From the NCBI GenBank assembly GCA_041483895.1, contig JBGPGO010000004.1:160001-224000 (forward strand): a stretch of 64,000 bases of DNA, written 5' to 3'. The stretch's first letter is position 1. The number at the start of each line of letters is the position of its first letter. Shown piece after piece: positions 1 through 10,514 of this stretch. This stretch comes from Fimbriimonadia bacterium (GTDB lineage: Bacteria; Armatimonadota; Fimbriimonadia; Fimbriimonadales; JABRVX01). The notes under the pieces are model-generated. The model worked only from the letters and a program-made list of their open reading frames with translations. It searched no databases and had not been told where the DNA came from. A program made the position numbers and the translations under genes.

Positions 1-1697
1 GCATGCTCATGCGACTCCACGTATCGCCGCAGCTTCTTCTTAGCCTTTTTTGTGTCGAACTCTGGGTCATCCTCGACGGTCTTGATCAGGTTGTAGTAGC
101 TCTGGACCGGTGTATAGTGCTCCAGCACGTCGAGGATAAAGCCCTCCTGAATGGCTTGCTTCATCGTGTAACTATGGAAGGGTCGATGCTTGACGCCGCC
201 GCCCTCCTCATAAGGTTCACCAAAAACCTCAAGCGTCTTGTTCTTTGGCGTCGCGGTAAAGGCGAAGTAGCTGGCATTCGGAAGCATCTTTTTCGCTTCC
301 ATGATCCGATTGATCTGATCCTCAATGTCTTCGTCGTCTTCTTCGCCGCCCACCTCGCTAAGGGCGATGTTCATCTTCGCGGCGGCGCGGCCGCCCTGGC
401 TGGAATGCGCTTCGTCGATCAGTACCGCAAACGATCGGTCTCTGTGTTCATTGCCGATATCGTCAAGGATGAAGGGAAACTTCTGGACAGTTGTGGCAAT
501 GATCTTCTTGCCGTCCGCAATAAACTTCTTAAGATCGCCGGAGTGCTCTGCGTGGCCGAACACGGATCCGACTTGGGCGAATTGCTTGATCGTGTCGCGC
601 AATTGTCTATCCAGCAATACGCGGTCAGTCACCACAATAACCGAATCGAAAATCGGCTTCGAGTCCTGCTCCAGCCCAACAAGCTGGTGGGCGAGCCATG
701 CGATGGAGTTGGATTTCCCGCTTCCGGCGGAGTGCTGTATCAGGTACCGCTTCCCGGCACCGCGAGAGCCAGCATCGGCGAGAAGCTTCCTCACGACGTC
801 GAGTTGGTGGTACCGGGGGAAGATGAGACTTTCCCGCTTGCGATGCGTCTTGTCAGCAGGGATCTCCACAAGCTGCGCGTAATTCTCTAGGATGTCGGTG
901 AGGCCGTCTTTTGTAAGGACTTCCTTCCACAAGTAATCGGTCTTGATTCCGTCCGGATTAGGCGGGTTGCCGGCCCCATCATTCCAGCCTTTGTTGAATG
1001 GCAAGAACCAGGAAGCCTTTCCTTGCAGATGGGTGCAGAACCGAACCTCCGTGTCGTCCACGGCAAAATGTGCGAGACTGCGGCCGAATTGGAATAGCAA
1101 TTCGCGCGGATCCCGGTCGCGCTTGTATTGCTGGACGGCGTCCTCGACCGTCTGCTTGGTCAGGCTGTTCTTGAGCTCGAACGTAGCTATGGGAAGACCA
1201 TTGATGAAGAGGACCAAGTCCAGCGCGAGTTGGGTCTCGTCCCTGCTGTATTGCAGCTGCCGCGTGACGCTAAAGAGATTGGCCGCCCATAGCCTTTGCG
1301 CCTTTGCATTTCCGGGTGAAGGAGTGCCGTAGAGGAGCTGTACCCTTGCGGGCCCGTGGGAAACGCCCTTCCGGAGCACATCGACGATTCCGCGCTTGGC
1401 GATTTCGCCCTGAAGACGGTTCAGGAACTGGTTGCGGCTTGGTCCATCGGTAACAAGGCCAAGCTGTTCAAACGCTTTCGGCTGCGTCTTGCGTAGGAAA
1501 TCAAGGAGATGCCGAAGATCGATTGAGTGGTCGCGGTCGTAGTCCTGGGGGCTTCCGAGAAGATAGCCCGCTCCGGCGTAGCCGATTGGCGTCTCAGCGA
1601 CTCCTTGCACGGTCTCGCGAATCTGCTCATCGGTAAGCCCAGTGAGCGACCGGACGATGAGTAGCTCCAAACCCTTTTCACTGGTATCAGTGCTCAA
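1..1697 (-). CDS. hsdR: Type I restriction endonuclease R subunit, N-terminal part (runs off the window edge)
   Basis: Not in the ORF track. Manual reverse translation from TTG at 1697 gives LSTDTSEKGLE...LDLVLFINGLPIATFELKNSLTKQTVEDAVQQYKRDRDPRELLF (HsdR_N nuclease motif). Downstream of hsdM/hsdS. The + ORF 3..890 is its antisense shadow. Confidence 0.92.
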   Translation of the reverse strand, partial: MSTDTSEKGLELLIVRSLTGLTDEQIRETVQGVAETPIGYAGAGYLLGSPQDYDRDHSIDLRHLLDFLRKTQPKAFEQLGLVTDGPSRNQFLNRLQGEIAKRGIVDVLRKGVSHGPARVQLLYGTPSPGNAKAQRLWAANLFSVTRQLQYSRDETQLALDLVLFINGLPIATFELKNSLTKQTVEDAVQQYKRDRDPRELLFQFGRSLAHFAVDDTEVRFCTHLQGKASWFLPFNKGWNDGAGNPPNPDGIKTDYLWKEVLTKDGLTDILENYAQLVEIPADKTHRKRESLIFPRYHQLDVVRKLLADAGSRGAGKRYLIQHSAGSGKSNSIAWLAHQLVGLEQDSKPIFDSVIVVTDRVLLDRQLRDTIKQFAQVGSVFGHAEHSGDLKKFIADGKKIIATTVQKFPFILDDIGNEHRDRSFAVLIDEAHSSQGGRAAAKMNIALSEVGGEEDDEDIEDQINRIMEAKKMLPNASYFAFTATPKNKTLEVFGEPYEEGGGVKHRPFHSYTMKQAIQEGFILDVLEHYTPVQSYYNLIKTVEDDPEFDTKKAKKKLRRYVESHEH

Positions 1698-2685
1698 CAG
1701 ACTCCTCGGCGGCGGCTTGCTCCTTGATCAGTTCCTCGGCTTCTTGTATTGCCTTTCCCAGAAACGGTCGGACCGCTTTGTCAAGACGAATCATCGCATC
1801 AACCATTTGGTTGATGAAGGCGGGCCACGTAGCTTCATCATCCAGATCCACCTGGGCATCAAGTCGTTTGCAAACGCGGCAGGCTCTTCCGTTCGAAAGT
1901 TCCTCCCAATTCAGGGGCCCGCCGAATTCCGCTTCAATAACCGACCTGTTCGTTTCTAGCGAGTGAAAAACCGCTTCGTTAAATGCCTTGCCCATCTTTT
2001 CATCATCAATGTAGAGTTCGACACGGCCCTTTCCGTACGCGAGGACATAACCTAAGCCGAAAGCGGTGGGCATATCGGCCGCAGTACTAACCCAGTTACT
2101 TGTGCCCGGCGATATGTTTCTGTGGAGCGACGTCTTCGACTTAGCGGAATCAAGCAATGCCTGCCAGAATCGAAAATAGCGATTGCTCATTGTCGCTTGA
2201 TCACCCCTGACCCGCCTGGCCTCCGAGACAGCTTCGCTCGGCCCAGTGATAAGCGTGAACAGTGGTGCAGGGGCAGATTCGCCGATCCGGATCGCCTCCA
2301 ACTTAAGCAGATAGAACGACGCGCTCCCTGCTTCATTGAGCCACTGAATAGCTTTCAGGTGCTCAGCACGAGGTTCGGAGACAATCCAAACCGCTCGCTT
2401 CGCTCCCACCATCGCGACATACGTGATGACCTTGCCGAGGTGATCATGATTGCTCCGCTCAAGTTGGTTTTCGATCACCACGAGGTTACCACTTCCATCT
2501 TGGGCAACTAGGTCGACACAAAAGTCACCTACAGTTTGTTCACGCTCGATGACCGCGAGGTTAAGCCCCAGAACATCACCAAGAAGGTCAAGGTTCCCTT
2601 CGAGCCATCGTGTGAAATCGAGGGCTTCATGTTTCCATGCGTCTCTAAGGTGCAGTCGTTCTATTCGGCCAATCCCGGTACTCAT
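1687..2685 (-). CDS. DUF4268-domain protein with N-terminal PD-(D/E)xK (NucS-like) nuclease domain
   Basis: LRDAWKHEALDFTRWL...VDLVA...VIENQLERSNHDHLGK N-terminus; C-terminal FW...W...IEAEFGGPLNWEEL. Overlaps the hsdS stop (ATGA) and the hsdR start. Confidence 0.8.
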   Translation of the reverse strand: MSTGIGRIERLHLRDAWKHEALDFTRWLEGNLDLLGDVLGLNLAVIEREQTVGDFCVDLVAQDGSGNLVVIENQLERSNHDHLGKVITYVAMVGAKRAVWIVSEPRAEHLKAIQWLNEAGSASFYLLKLEAIRIGESAPAPLFTLITGPSEAVSEARRVRGDQATMSNRYFRFWQALLDSAKSKTSLHRNISPGTSNWVSTAADMPTAFGLGYVLAYGKGRVELYIDDEKMGKAFNEAVFHSLETNRSVIEAEFGGPLNWEELSNGRACRVCKRLDAQVDLDDEATWPAFINQMVDAMIRLDKAVRPFLGKAIQEAEELIKEQAAAEESVEH

Positions 2686-4148
2686 TGCGCCGCTCCCGCA
2701 ATCTGCTCCTCGGGGTCCGCGACGAACTCTTCGATATCCAGTTCTTCGGGCTCTTCGATGAGGAGCTCTTCGACATCCGGGAGGTCGAGATGCCGAACGT
2801 CGACCTGGCCAGTCACCACGTCGCTGATTAGGCGGCTACGGTACTCGCGGATCAGGTCTATTTCGGAATTGGCTTTGGAGATGGCGAGGTTGATGCCCTG
2901 AGATGCGAAATCAATGTACTTCACCAAGTCATCTTGCTCAACACGTCCGGGAAACGCAAATCTGTACTTGCGCAGCTTCTCGCTTGTCAAATGGGCGATA
3001 GTGTTCTCGCTGCCATCTGCTTTGAACACCCCCTTTTGAGCAACATAAAACAATTGGTACATCAAAAAGCGAGGATTGTCGGCGTGCGGACACCGTGGGC
3101 GAAGGCGATGGAGCGCCTTCTGATATCCGACCACAGAATCACATTCAGCCCACATTGCCGACCGCCCGACTTCACCGCCCTCACAAACCAAGAGGTCTCC
3201 CGCCCGTACCGTGTACCGCTCATACTCCTCCGTTCGAATGTCCATTTGAGGTAGCTGTGCCGTCCGAATATTGTCCCACTGCACATCCGTGTTTCTGAGA
3301 TAGGGAATCAGATAATTACCGGTGATGCGCTTTCCGTCGAGCATCTTTCCCAACTCGACGGAATAGCGCAATCGCAGAGCCATCACCGTCCATTGCGCCG
3401 GGATGTCGGATAGCCATTCAATGCCAGAGGGTTTGAGGGTGACGGTGGGGTCGAGGCCTCGGGTAACGGCGCGGTGGATGATGGCCTGCTTCTGCTCGTT
3501 CAGCAGCTCAATCATCTTCCGCTTCGCTCGAATGAGCTGGTTCACCAGTTGGTCGAGGTGGCGAATGAAGCGAACGATTGCTGTTCGGTCTCCGACCGGC
3601 GGGACCAGGATGGGCATCTCGAGGAACGCTTCGTCCGTAAGTTGGAGCCGAGACACCCAAATGCCCTTAGAGCGAACTGTAAACTCCCAGTCGTATGCCC
3701 TCGACCTTAGCAATTGATGGAAGTACTCGAAGTCCTCCGCAATTTCGGGGCGCAGGCGGTACACACCATAAGCCGAACTGATTATTCCGTGATATCTCGA
3801 AAACCCGAACCCAGTTGCCCAGGCCCACAAGCTATTAATGACCAGATCTCCGGGCCAGCAAAGCTTGTGGCCCACGTAGCTCGACGCCATGAACATCGTC
3901 ACGGCCTTTTCGTTGCGTCTCCGAACTCCATCAGCGGCAGACACCGTCAGCAATTCCTCGTCACCGGTGGTTGACCGTACGTCTATCGGGCCGAACAGAT
4001 ACTTTGCCCGAATCACTTCCCAAGCGTCCGGGATTCGGTCAAGCCAAGGCAGGCCCGCATTACGATATGCTGGGTACGGGCGGAGACCGATAGGCGGCGG
4101 CTTTTTTGCTACTTTGCTAACCAATTTCACTTCAAGACCGCATCCCAA
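2682..4148 (-). CDS. hsdS: Type I R-M specificity subunit (start codon uncertain, 4124-4148)
   Basis: YPAYRNAGLPWLDRIPDAW; central conserved region EQKQAIIHRAVTRGLDP...SGIEWLSDIPAQW; C-terminal EYRSRLISDVVTGQVDVR. Confidence 0.93.
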   Translation of the reverse strand: MGCGLEVKLVSKVAKKPPPIGLRPYPAYRNAGLPWLDRIPDAWEVIRAKYLFGPIDVRSTTGDEELLTVSAADGVRRRNEKAVTMFMASSYVGHKLCWPGDLVINSLWAWATGFGFSRYHGIISSAYGVYRLRPEIAEDFEYFHQLLRSRAYDWEFTVRSKGIWVSRLQLTDEAFLEMPILVPPVGDRTAIVRFIRHLDQLVNQLIRAKRKMIELLNEQKQAIIHRAVTRGLDPTVTLKPSGIEWLSDIPAQWTVMALRLRYSVELGKMLDGKRITGNYLIPYLRNTDVQWDNIRTAQLPQMDIRTEEYERYTVRAGDLLVCEGGEVGRSAMWAECDSVVGYQKALHRLRPRCPHADNPRFLMYQLFYVAQKGVFKADGSENTIAHLTSEKLRKYRFAFPGRVEQDDLVKYIDFASQGINLAISKANSEIDLIREYRSRLISDVVTGQVDVRHLDLPDVEELLIEEPEELDIEEFVADPEEQIAGAAQ

Positions 4149-4357
4149 TTTCGTATGTTACCCTACGTTTCAATTTCAATTCTTTCTGTCTCTAGGGACA
4201 AGCTTAAATAAAACTCACGTTCAAACAGGCTCCATTTGCTAGCGATATTGGCAGGTATCCGAAGTTGCGCTTAAATAGACCTTTCAACCCCAATATGGAA
4301 GGTAGCGAACATATTCGCTGGAGGCACTCCAACGAACAGTCTGTTCGATAGTGAAAA

Positions 4358-6334
4358 TCAACGATCCACCTCAACGAGTACTTGATCGAGGAGCCCCTCG
4401 GTCTCTGTTTCAAGCGCCTCGATGTCGCGGCGAATCTCTTCGAGCGTCCGCATCGGCTTCGGCTTGTAGAAGTAGCGCGTGAAGCTGATTTCGTATCCGA
4501 TCTGGGTCTTGTCCGAATCAATCCACGCGTCGGGAACGTACGGCAGAACTTCCTTTCGGATGAATGCCTCGATTCCGCCGTCTTCCAAGAGCGCCACGTT
4601 CTCGGTGTCGCGAAGGTCGGTGTCTGATTCATATTCGACGACGCACGCCTTCCCCTCGATGGTCGCCTCGAAGAGTCCGTGCATCGGGTCGGGCTCCGCC
4701 TTGCCCGGTTTGTGAATCTTCCGAATGACGGGTGGCGCGTTTTCGTCCCGCTTGCGGCTCTCTTTCAGCTCCTTGATTTCCTTCGGCGTGTATGCTCGAT
4801 TCGCATCGATACCGACGAGCCGCAGCGGCCGCTCGACGACGACCTTCCAAAATCCAAAGGCTTCATTCGGGAATATCTTCGACTGCTCAGTCTCCTCAAA
4901 CGCCAGAAACGTCTCGACAATCCGCTGAATATCCCCGCCCACAAGTTCGCAGTTTTTCTTGCCGAGGTTTTTGCGAAGCGGCTTGTACCACTGGGTCGCA
5001 TCGATTAGCTGCACATTGCCCTTTCGATGCTCCGCCTTCCGGTTGGTGAGCACCCAGATGTATGTCGCGATGCCGGTGTTGTAGAACATGTTGAGCGGCA
5101 GTGCGATGATGGCTTCCAGCCAATCGCTCTCCAATATCCAGCGCCGAATGTTGCTCTCGCCCTGCCCGGCATCACCGGTAAAGAGCGATGAACCGTTGTG
5201 CACCTCGGCGATGCGGCTGCCTAGCGGAGTGTTGTGCTTCATCTTGCTCAGCATGTTGACCAAGAACAAGAGCTGGCCATCGCTGCTTCTTGTAATCAAA
5301 TTGAAGTCGGGGATTCCCTGATGTTGGATGATGAAGCGCGGGTCTTTCATTTCCCCCTTGCCGCCCATTTTTTCCAGATCGTTCTTCCAACTCTTTCCAT
5401 ACGGCGGATTCGAAAGCATGAAGTCGAATTCGCGGCTGGGGAAGGCGTCGCTGGAGAGAGTGGAGCCGTAGATGAAATTCTCAGCCTCCTCCCCTTCGCC
5501 TTTTAGGAGAAGGTCGGCCTTGCTGATGGCGAACGTCTCAGGTTGGACCTCCTGGCCGAAGAGGTGAATGGAGACCTCTTTGCCATGTTCGACTGCAAGT
5601 TCCCGGAGCCGCTCTTCCGCGACGGTTAGCATTCCGCCTGTACCACAAGCGCCGTCGTAGACAAGATAGGTCCCCGACTCCACCTTGTCGGCGATCGGTA
5701 TGAGGATGAGGTCCGCCATCAGCTTGACGACATCACGCGGAGTGAAGTGCTCCCCGGCTTCTTCATTGTTCTCTTCGTTGAATCGGCGGATCAGCTCTTC
5801 AAAGATCGTCCCCATCGCGTGGTTATCGAGCGCCGGCAATCGCTCGGAACCATCTGCATTCATGACCGGTTGCGGTGACAGATTGATTGAGTGGTCGAGG
5901 AACTTTTCGATAAGCCCACCGAGAATGTCGGCTTCGATCAGTGTTTGCATCTGGTTCTTGAACTTGAACTTATCCAAGATCTCTTGAACGTTCGGCGAGA
6001 ACCCATTGAGGTACGCAAGGAAGTCGGATTCGAGTTGTTGGCTTTTCGTGCGGGCCTTGAGGTCACGAAGCGTGAACGGCGACGTGTTATAGAACGCTTG
6101 GCCCGCCGCTTGTCGGAGCGCCGCATCTTGGTTGGCGATCCCAGCCGCATCCAGGTTCTTCTTCATGTCGAGAACCGCCCGCTTGGTCGGCTCCAGGACC
6201 GCATCCAGCCGGCGAATGACGACCATTGGCAGAATGACGTCGCGATACTTCCCGCGCACATACACGTCCCGCAGTACGTCGTCCGCGATTCCCCAGATGA
6301 AGTTCGTGATCCAACCTAGCGTCTGCGTGCTCAT
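4358..6334 (-). CDS. hsdM: Type I R-M N6-adenine methyltransferase subunit
   Basis: NFIWGIADDVLRD, GEHFTPRDVV, YDGACGTGGML (motif I), NPPY (motif IV). ATG at 6334 with GGGGAG upstream. Confidence 0.96.
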   Translation of the reverse strand: MSTQTLGWITNFIWGIADDVLRDVYVRGKYRDVILPMVVIRRLDAVLEPTKRAVLDMKKNLDAAGIANQDAALRQAAGQAFYNTSPFTLRDLKARTKSQQLESDFLAYLNGFSPNVQEILDKFKFKNQMQTLIEADILGGLIEKFLDHSINLSPQPVMNADGSERLPALDNHAMGTIFEELIRRFNEENNEEAGEHFTPRDVVKLMADLILIPIADKVESGTYLVYDGACGTGGMLTVAEERLRELAVEHGKEVSIHLFGQEVQPETFAISKADLLLKGEGEEAENFIYGSTLSSDAFPSREFDFMLSNPPYGKSWKNDLEKMGGKGEMKDPRFIIQHQGIPDFNLITRSSDGQLLFLVNMLSKMKHNTPLGSRIAEVHNGSSLFTGDAGQGESNIRRWILESDWLEAIIALPLNMFYNTGIATYIWVLTNRKAEHRKGNVQLIDATQWYKPLRKNLGKKNCELVGGDIQRIVETFLAFEETEQSKIFPNEAFGFWKVVVERPLRLVGIDANRAYTPKEIKELKESRKRDENAPPVIRKIHKPGKAEPDPMHGLFEATIEGKACVVEYESDTDLRDTENVALLEDGGIEAFIRKEVLPYVPDAWIDSDKTQIGYEISFTRYFYKPKPMRTLEEIRRDIEALETETEGLLDQVLVEVDR

Positions 6335-6451
6335 AGTCCAGTGGTCAACTCCCCTAATCAAAATAGCATGTTACCGAGAATTCGTTGTGCGCTCGGTTAC
6401 TCCTGCTCCAGCTACTGTTCTTGGCCGGATATCCGGTAACTGGGCGGATCG

Positions 6452-6583
6452 CTACTTGAGAACGATAATCGAACCGTCGCTGCTGACGAAGATTGCAGTG
6501 ATCCCGATCCGCTCTTTGGCAAGCTTCGGTAGCCGATCCCAGAGGCCCCGAAATTGCCGCATATCGGGGAGGGCAATACTGTA
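6452..6583 (-). pseudogene. Orphan 3' fragment of a gene (YSIALPDMRQFRGLWDRLPKLAKERIGITAIFVSSDG), probably a small nuclease-like/regulatory protein
   Basis: Protein-like C-terminus ending at 6452; its 5' part is replaced by the antisense of the prim-pol gene at about 6580. Family assignment is from memory only. Confidence 0.5.
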
Positions 6584-8481
6584 ACGGGTGGCAAGTGCTC
6601 TTGCGGAAATCCAGACTGCCTCAGTCCAGGTAAGCATCCGCTGGGAGCCTTGGTACCCAATGGACTCAAGGACGCCACCAACATCCCGCAACCATAAGGG
6701 ATTGGTGGACCAAGTTTCCTAACGCGAACGTCGCCGTACGAGCTGGCCCAGAGTCCGGGTTCTTTGCAATAGACATCGATCCACATAGCGGCGGTGACGC
6801 GACTCTGGAACGCCTTGAATTGGAACACGGGAGGCTTCCCCAGACGGTCGAGGCGATTACCGGCGGCGGCGGAAGACATCTGTTGTTCCGTTACGCGAAC
6901 GGAGCGACCATCAAATCTCAGGTTGGAAAACTCGGACCTGGCATCGACGTGCGCGGGATCGGTGGGTACATCGTCGTCGAGCCGAGCCTGCACACGAGCG
7001 GTAAGAACTACATCTGGGAAGTGAGCAGCGATCCGTTTGATAACCCGTTAGCTGTGGCCCCAGACTGGCTCCTCGACCTTCTTACACCCAACACGCAGAC
7101 ACAGGGCGCCTCGAAAGAAGTGGGCGACAGGATCCCGGTTGGGATTCGTAACATGGTGCTTACCAGCCTCGCGGGGACGATGCGCCGAAGAGGCATGACC
7201 GAGCCAGAGATATTAGCGGCTCTGCTCGAAGTCAATAAGGGTCGATGCGATCCGCCTCTTGACGAGTCAGAGGTTCGAAAGGTCGCGCGGAGTATCAGCA
7301 GTAAGCCTTCGAATACCCCGATCGGCGGGACCGGCGCATTTGGGCCAGATGATAGCTGCGCTTTGGCATCAGATGGTGAACCCGGTTCGAGCGGAGAGCC
7401 GCCCAGGATCTGGACGATTGACGAGCTGCTGGACGCAGACTTCCCGCCAGTTGAGTGGATCGCCGACGGTATGCTCCCAAAGGGCGGCCTGATCCTGTTG
7501 CACGGCGCTGCGGAAAGCGGTAAATCAATCGTCGCGACAGATCTGGCGATTGCCGTGGCTGCCGGACGCAAATGGCTTGAGACTGTTGACGTCCTTCAGG
7601 GGGCTGTATTCTACTGGGATGAAGAGAATGGCGCCCAGCGCAGCACAAATCGCCTCGTGCGCATGGGAGCAACACGCGGACAGCCCATCCACTACATCGG
7701 TATGGCCGGCTTACTCCTGACGAAACCAAGCGATGTAAAGTACGTTCTCGATGCTTGCATCTCGCGGTCCGTCAAGCTTCCCATCATCGACACGATGATT
7801 GCTGCACATGAGCTAGCGGAAAAAGACGCGACCGAGATCAGGAAGCTCAGGGCAATCTTTCGGCCGTTTCTAGCTGCGGGCATCACCGTCCTCGGGATCA
7901 TCCACGACCGCAAGGACGGCCACTTCACGAATGTTCGCCTTCATGAGATCGCCGGCAGCCGTGAATTCGGGGCGATGGCAGATGCCGCCTGGCAGATGAA
8001 ACGGACCGACGCAAAGAGCGACGAATTTCGGTTGGAGTGTTCAAAGTTGCGAGACGGCCCGAGGGGCGAAACGAAGATTTACAGAGTCGAATTCATCGGA
8101 GCGCCTGATGAGCCACTCCGTGTAACTGCGGCAGTCGATGCCGGTGTGGCCCAAGTCAAGAGGGCTCAGATGCGCTCGAGGGTCCTTGATGCGCTCATGA
8201 GGGCATGGTATCAGGACGACTGCTGGCTGACGAAGAAGGAGCTGGAGCTTGAGATCGACGGCGATCACCACACCGTGAAATCCGGCCTGGACATCCTCCT
8301 CAAGGAGACGATGATGGTCAAAGACGCGGAAGAACAGAAGCCGGTGCCGATTGTCCTCACTAGGAAGCGCGTGAAGGAGGAAGGCCAGACCGGCAAGAGC
8401 GCAATGGAGTATCGGCTTCGCGACGATTATGTTGCCCGCGCCGAAACTGGTGACATGCCCGATGAGGATGGCGGAGAATAA
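6578..8481 (+). pseudogene. Bifunctional primase/polymerase (Prim-Pol) + PriCT-1 + AAA_25 helicase replication protein, 5'-truncated and frameshifted
   Basis: TVTGGKCSCGNPDCLSPGKHP...GLKDATN in one frame; after a 1-nt shift near 6683 it continues PATIRDWWTKFPNANVAV...AIDID...TGGGGRHL...DVRGIGGYIVVEPS; PriCT RNMVLTSLAGTMRRRG; Walker A HGAAESGKS. Confidence 0.85.
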
Positions 8482-8632
8482 TGGGGGGCTTCCTATATAC
8501 TCCCCCACCATTATTAGAAGGCGCTTCGATTGCTGGCGAGTCGCTGGCAAGACTTGACTTCCACGGCCCTTCATGCTCTCATGTTGATGCGCCGCCCCGG
8601 AGGGCGGCAAGGCAAGAGGAAAGGAGCTTACA

Positions 8633-10282
8633 ATGGCTAGTTTGACGGCGGAAACGAAACAGAAGACGCTTCGAGCCTGGGGATATGTAAGGTGCAGTAC
8701 GGATGATCAGGCTCGCTCAGATTTCAGCACGCTCGACGCCCAGCGGGAAGCCATCGAGCACTATGCTGAACGTAGGTCCAGGGATTGCGTGGAATGGAAG
8801 ATAGTCCAAGTCTTGTGCGATGAAGGTCTCAGCGGCAAGGACTCGAAGCGTCCCGGGCTGCAAACACTCATGCGGGCTGTGGACAACGGCGAGGTCGATG
8901 TCGTGATCGTCTATCGGCTGGATAGAATCTCTCGCTCCAGCGCGGACTTTGTGCAGATGTGGGAGCGATTTCAATCCGCTAATGTGAATTTTGTCGCAAC
9001 GGACCAGGATTTCGACACAACCACCCCGATGGGCCGGGCGATGCTGATGATCGCAATGGTGTTCGCACAACTCGAACGGGAGACCATTGTTGAGAAGATC
9101 CAACACAAGATGCATGCATCTGTTGCGAGAGGCCTATTCATGGGCGGCGGCCTCCCATTCGGCGTCATGCTTGACGCTGATCGCTCACGAGTGGCGCATC
9201 CAGAATATGTGCCGATCATCAGGGAGGCCTACCGAATCGCCGATCAGCGCTGATCGCTTGCCGCCGTTGCCGACTTCCTAAGGATCGTATCGCCAAACCT
9301 TCCGCTCCTCAAAGGCCGTACGAAGTCGCCAACATGGACATGCGAGTCGGCGCGGCGATTCCTGGACAATCCGATGTACAAAGGCCATTTCCACTACAGC
9401 GGTAACAAGAAAGGGAAGCGAGGTCAAGTAACGATCATCAAGGACGCAATGGAGCCAGTCATCTCTGCCGAGCAGTGGGATCGCGTGAACAGCTGGATAC
9501 ATGAGCGATCGGGAATGGCTTCGAAGCGTGCCTGCAGCTTCCGTTCCTACCTGCGCGGCAAAGTGTTCTGTTCATGCTGTAACAGCGCAATGTCACCTAG
9601 CGGGCCCGGCGGCAAGAAATCCAATTTCAGATATTACCGCTGCACTATGTCAACCAAGATGCTGACCAAGTGCGAACCGAGTCACTTGAACGCCGAACGC
9701 TTGCACGAAGCCCTCGTGGCCGACATGGCGAAGGAGGCGAGAGAGGGAAATCTGGAGGCGATCTTGGAGTACATCCCCGACGATACTGCTGTTGACAAGA
9801 GCATGCTCGCCGACAGCCAGTCAGCGCTGGAAGGCAAAATCCGCGGGAAGCAGGCTGCCATCGCTAACTTGATCGACTTCATCTGCAAGGGTCGCGGCAC
9901 CGAGTCGACTTCGGAGGCTTTGAAGACCGCCGAGGCTGAACTGAATCAAGCCAAGGAGGATCTGGCCAAGGTCAATGCGGATTTGGTGGCGCAACGCAAC
10001 ATTACTCCCGATGTCAGTAAGGTGGAAGAAGCCTGGGCCCGTCTCGGTGAAGTTTGGGGTGTCCTATCTGACGACGAGCGCCAAGAATTCTTCAACGAAA
10101 CCGTTGAGCGCATCGAAGTCCACCCGGATGGCAAGCTCAAAGCGACCCTCCGAATCGAATTTCCAGCAAACGAACGATCAAAACAAATCGTAGGGTATGA
10201 TACGGAAGAAGCGCCATTGAACGAACCGCTCGGTTCGCGTTTTCAAGAGGATTGGTACCCCGGACGGGATTCGAACCCGTGA
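8633..10282 (+). pseudogene. Large serine recombinase (resolvase + recombinase + Zn ribbon) interrupted by in-frame TGA at 9251-9253
   Basis: YVRCSTDDQ catalytic Ser, VYRLDRISRS, FAQLERE. Reading continues in frame past the TGA (*SLAAVADFL...FLDNPMYKG) into ORF 9374..10282 with CSCC and YYRC Zn-ribbon motifs. Confidence 0.9.
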
Positions 10283-10329
10283 CCTTCGCCGTGAGAGGGC
10301 GATGTCCTGAACCGCTAGACGACCGGGGC
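10253..10329 (-). tRNA. tRNA-Glu (anticodon CTC)
   Basis: Reverse complement GCCCCGGTCGTCTAGCGGTTCAGGACATCGCCCT-CTC-ACGGCGAAGGTCACGGGTTCGAATCCCGTCCGGGGTACCA; cloverleaf with encoded CCA. TATAAT on the minus strand at 10349-10354. Confidence 0.97.
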
Positions 10330-10380
10330 ACGCTTCCGCGGGGCCATGATTATACACGAAAAAGGGCGGCGCCTCCCGGA

Positions 10381-10417
10381 ATAGGACGCATAAGTCGTAT
10401 AGGACCTATAAGTCCTA
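10381..10417. repeat. Two tandem 18-bp palindromic units (ATAGGACNNATAAGTCNT)
   Basis: ATAGGACGCATAAGTCGT followed by ATAGGACCTATAAGTCCT. Confidence 0.6.
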
Positions 10418-10514
10418 ATCGGAAGTCACCCCCTCGCGCCGAACCGAACCCCCTGGTAAACCCGTCCCACAAAAGGCCGCACAAAAAAAATCCTTCCGCG
10501 AAGAATAGAAAACC

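Larger units (their letters stand above)
1..10300. mobile_element. Integrative genomic island (right end) at the 3' end of tRNA-Glu; left end outside the window
   Basis: Recombinase C-terminus (WYPGRDSNP) reads into the tRNA 3' end; replication gene and R-M cargo are adjacent. Confidence 0.8.

Noticed and set aside
3..890. 295-aa plus-strand ORF
   Set aside because: In-register antisense shadow of hsdR, which has clear motifs on the minus strand.
4304..4347. LexA boxes of GAAC-N4-GTTC type
   Set aside because: Half-site spacings are 2 and 5 nt rather than 4; no such box seen before uvrC or radC.
8477..8515. Imperfect inverted repeat after the replication gene as a replication origin
   Set aside because: AATAATGG/CCATTATT arms are real, but there are no iterons or other support; could equally be a terminator.
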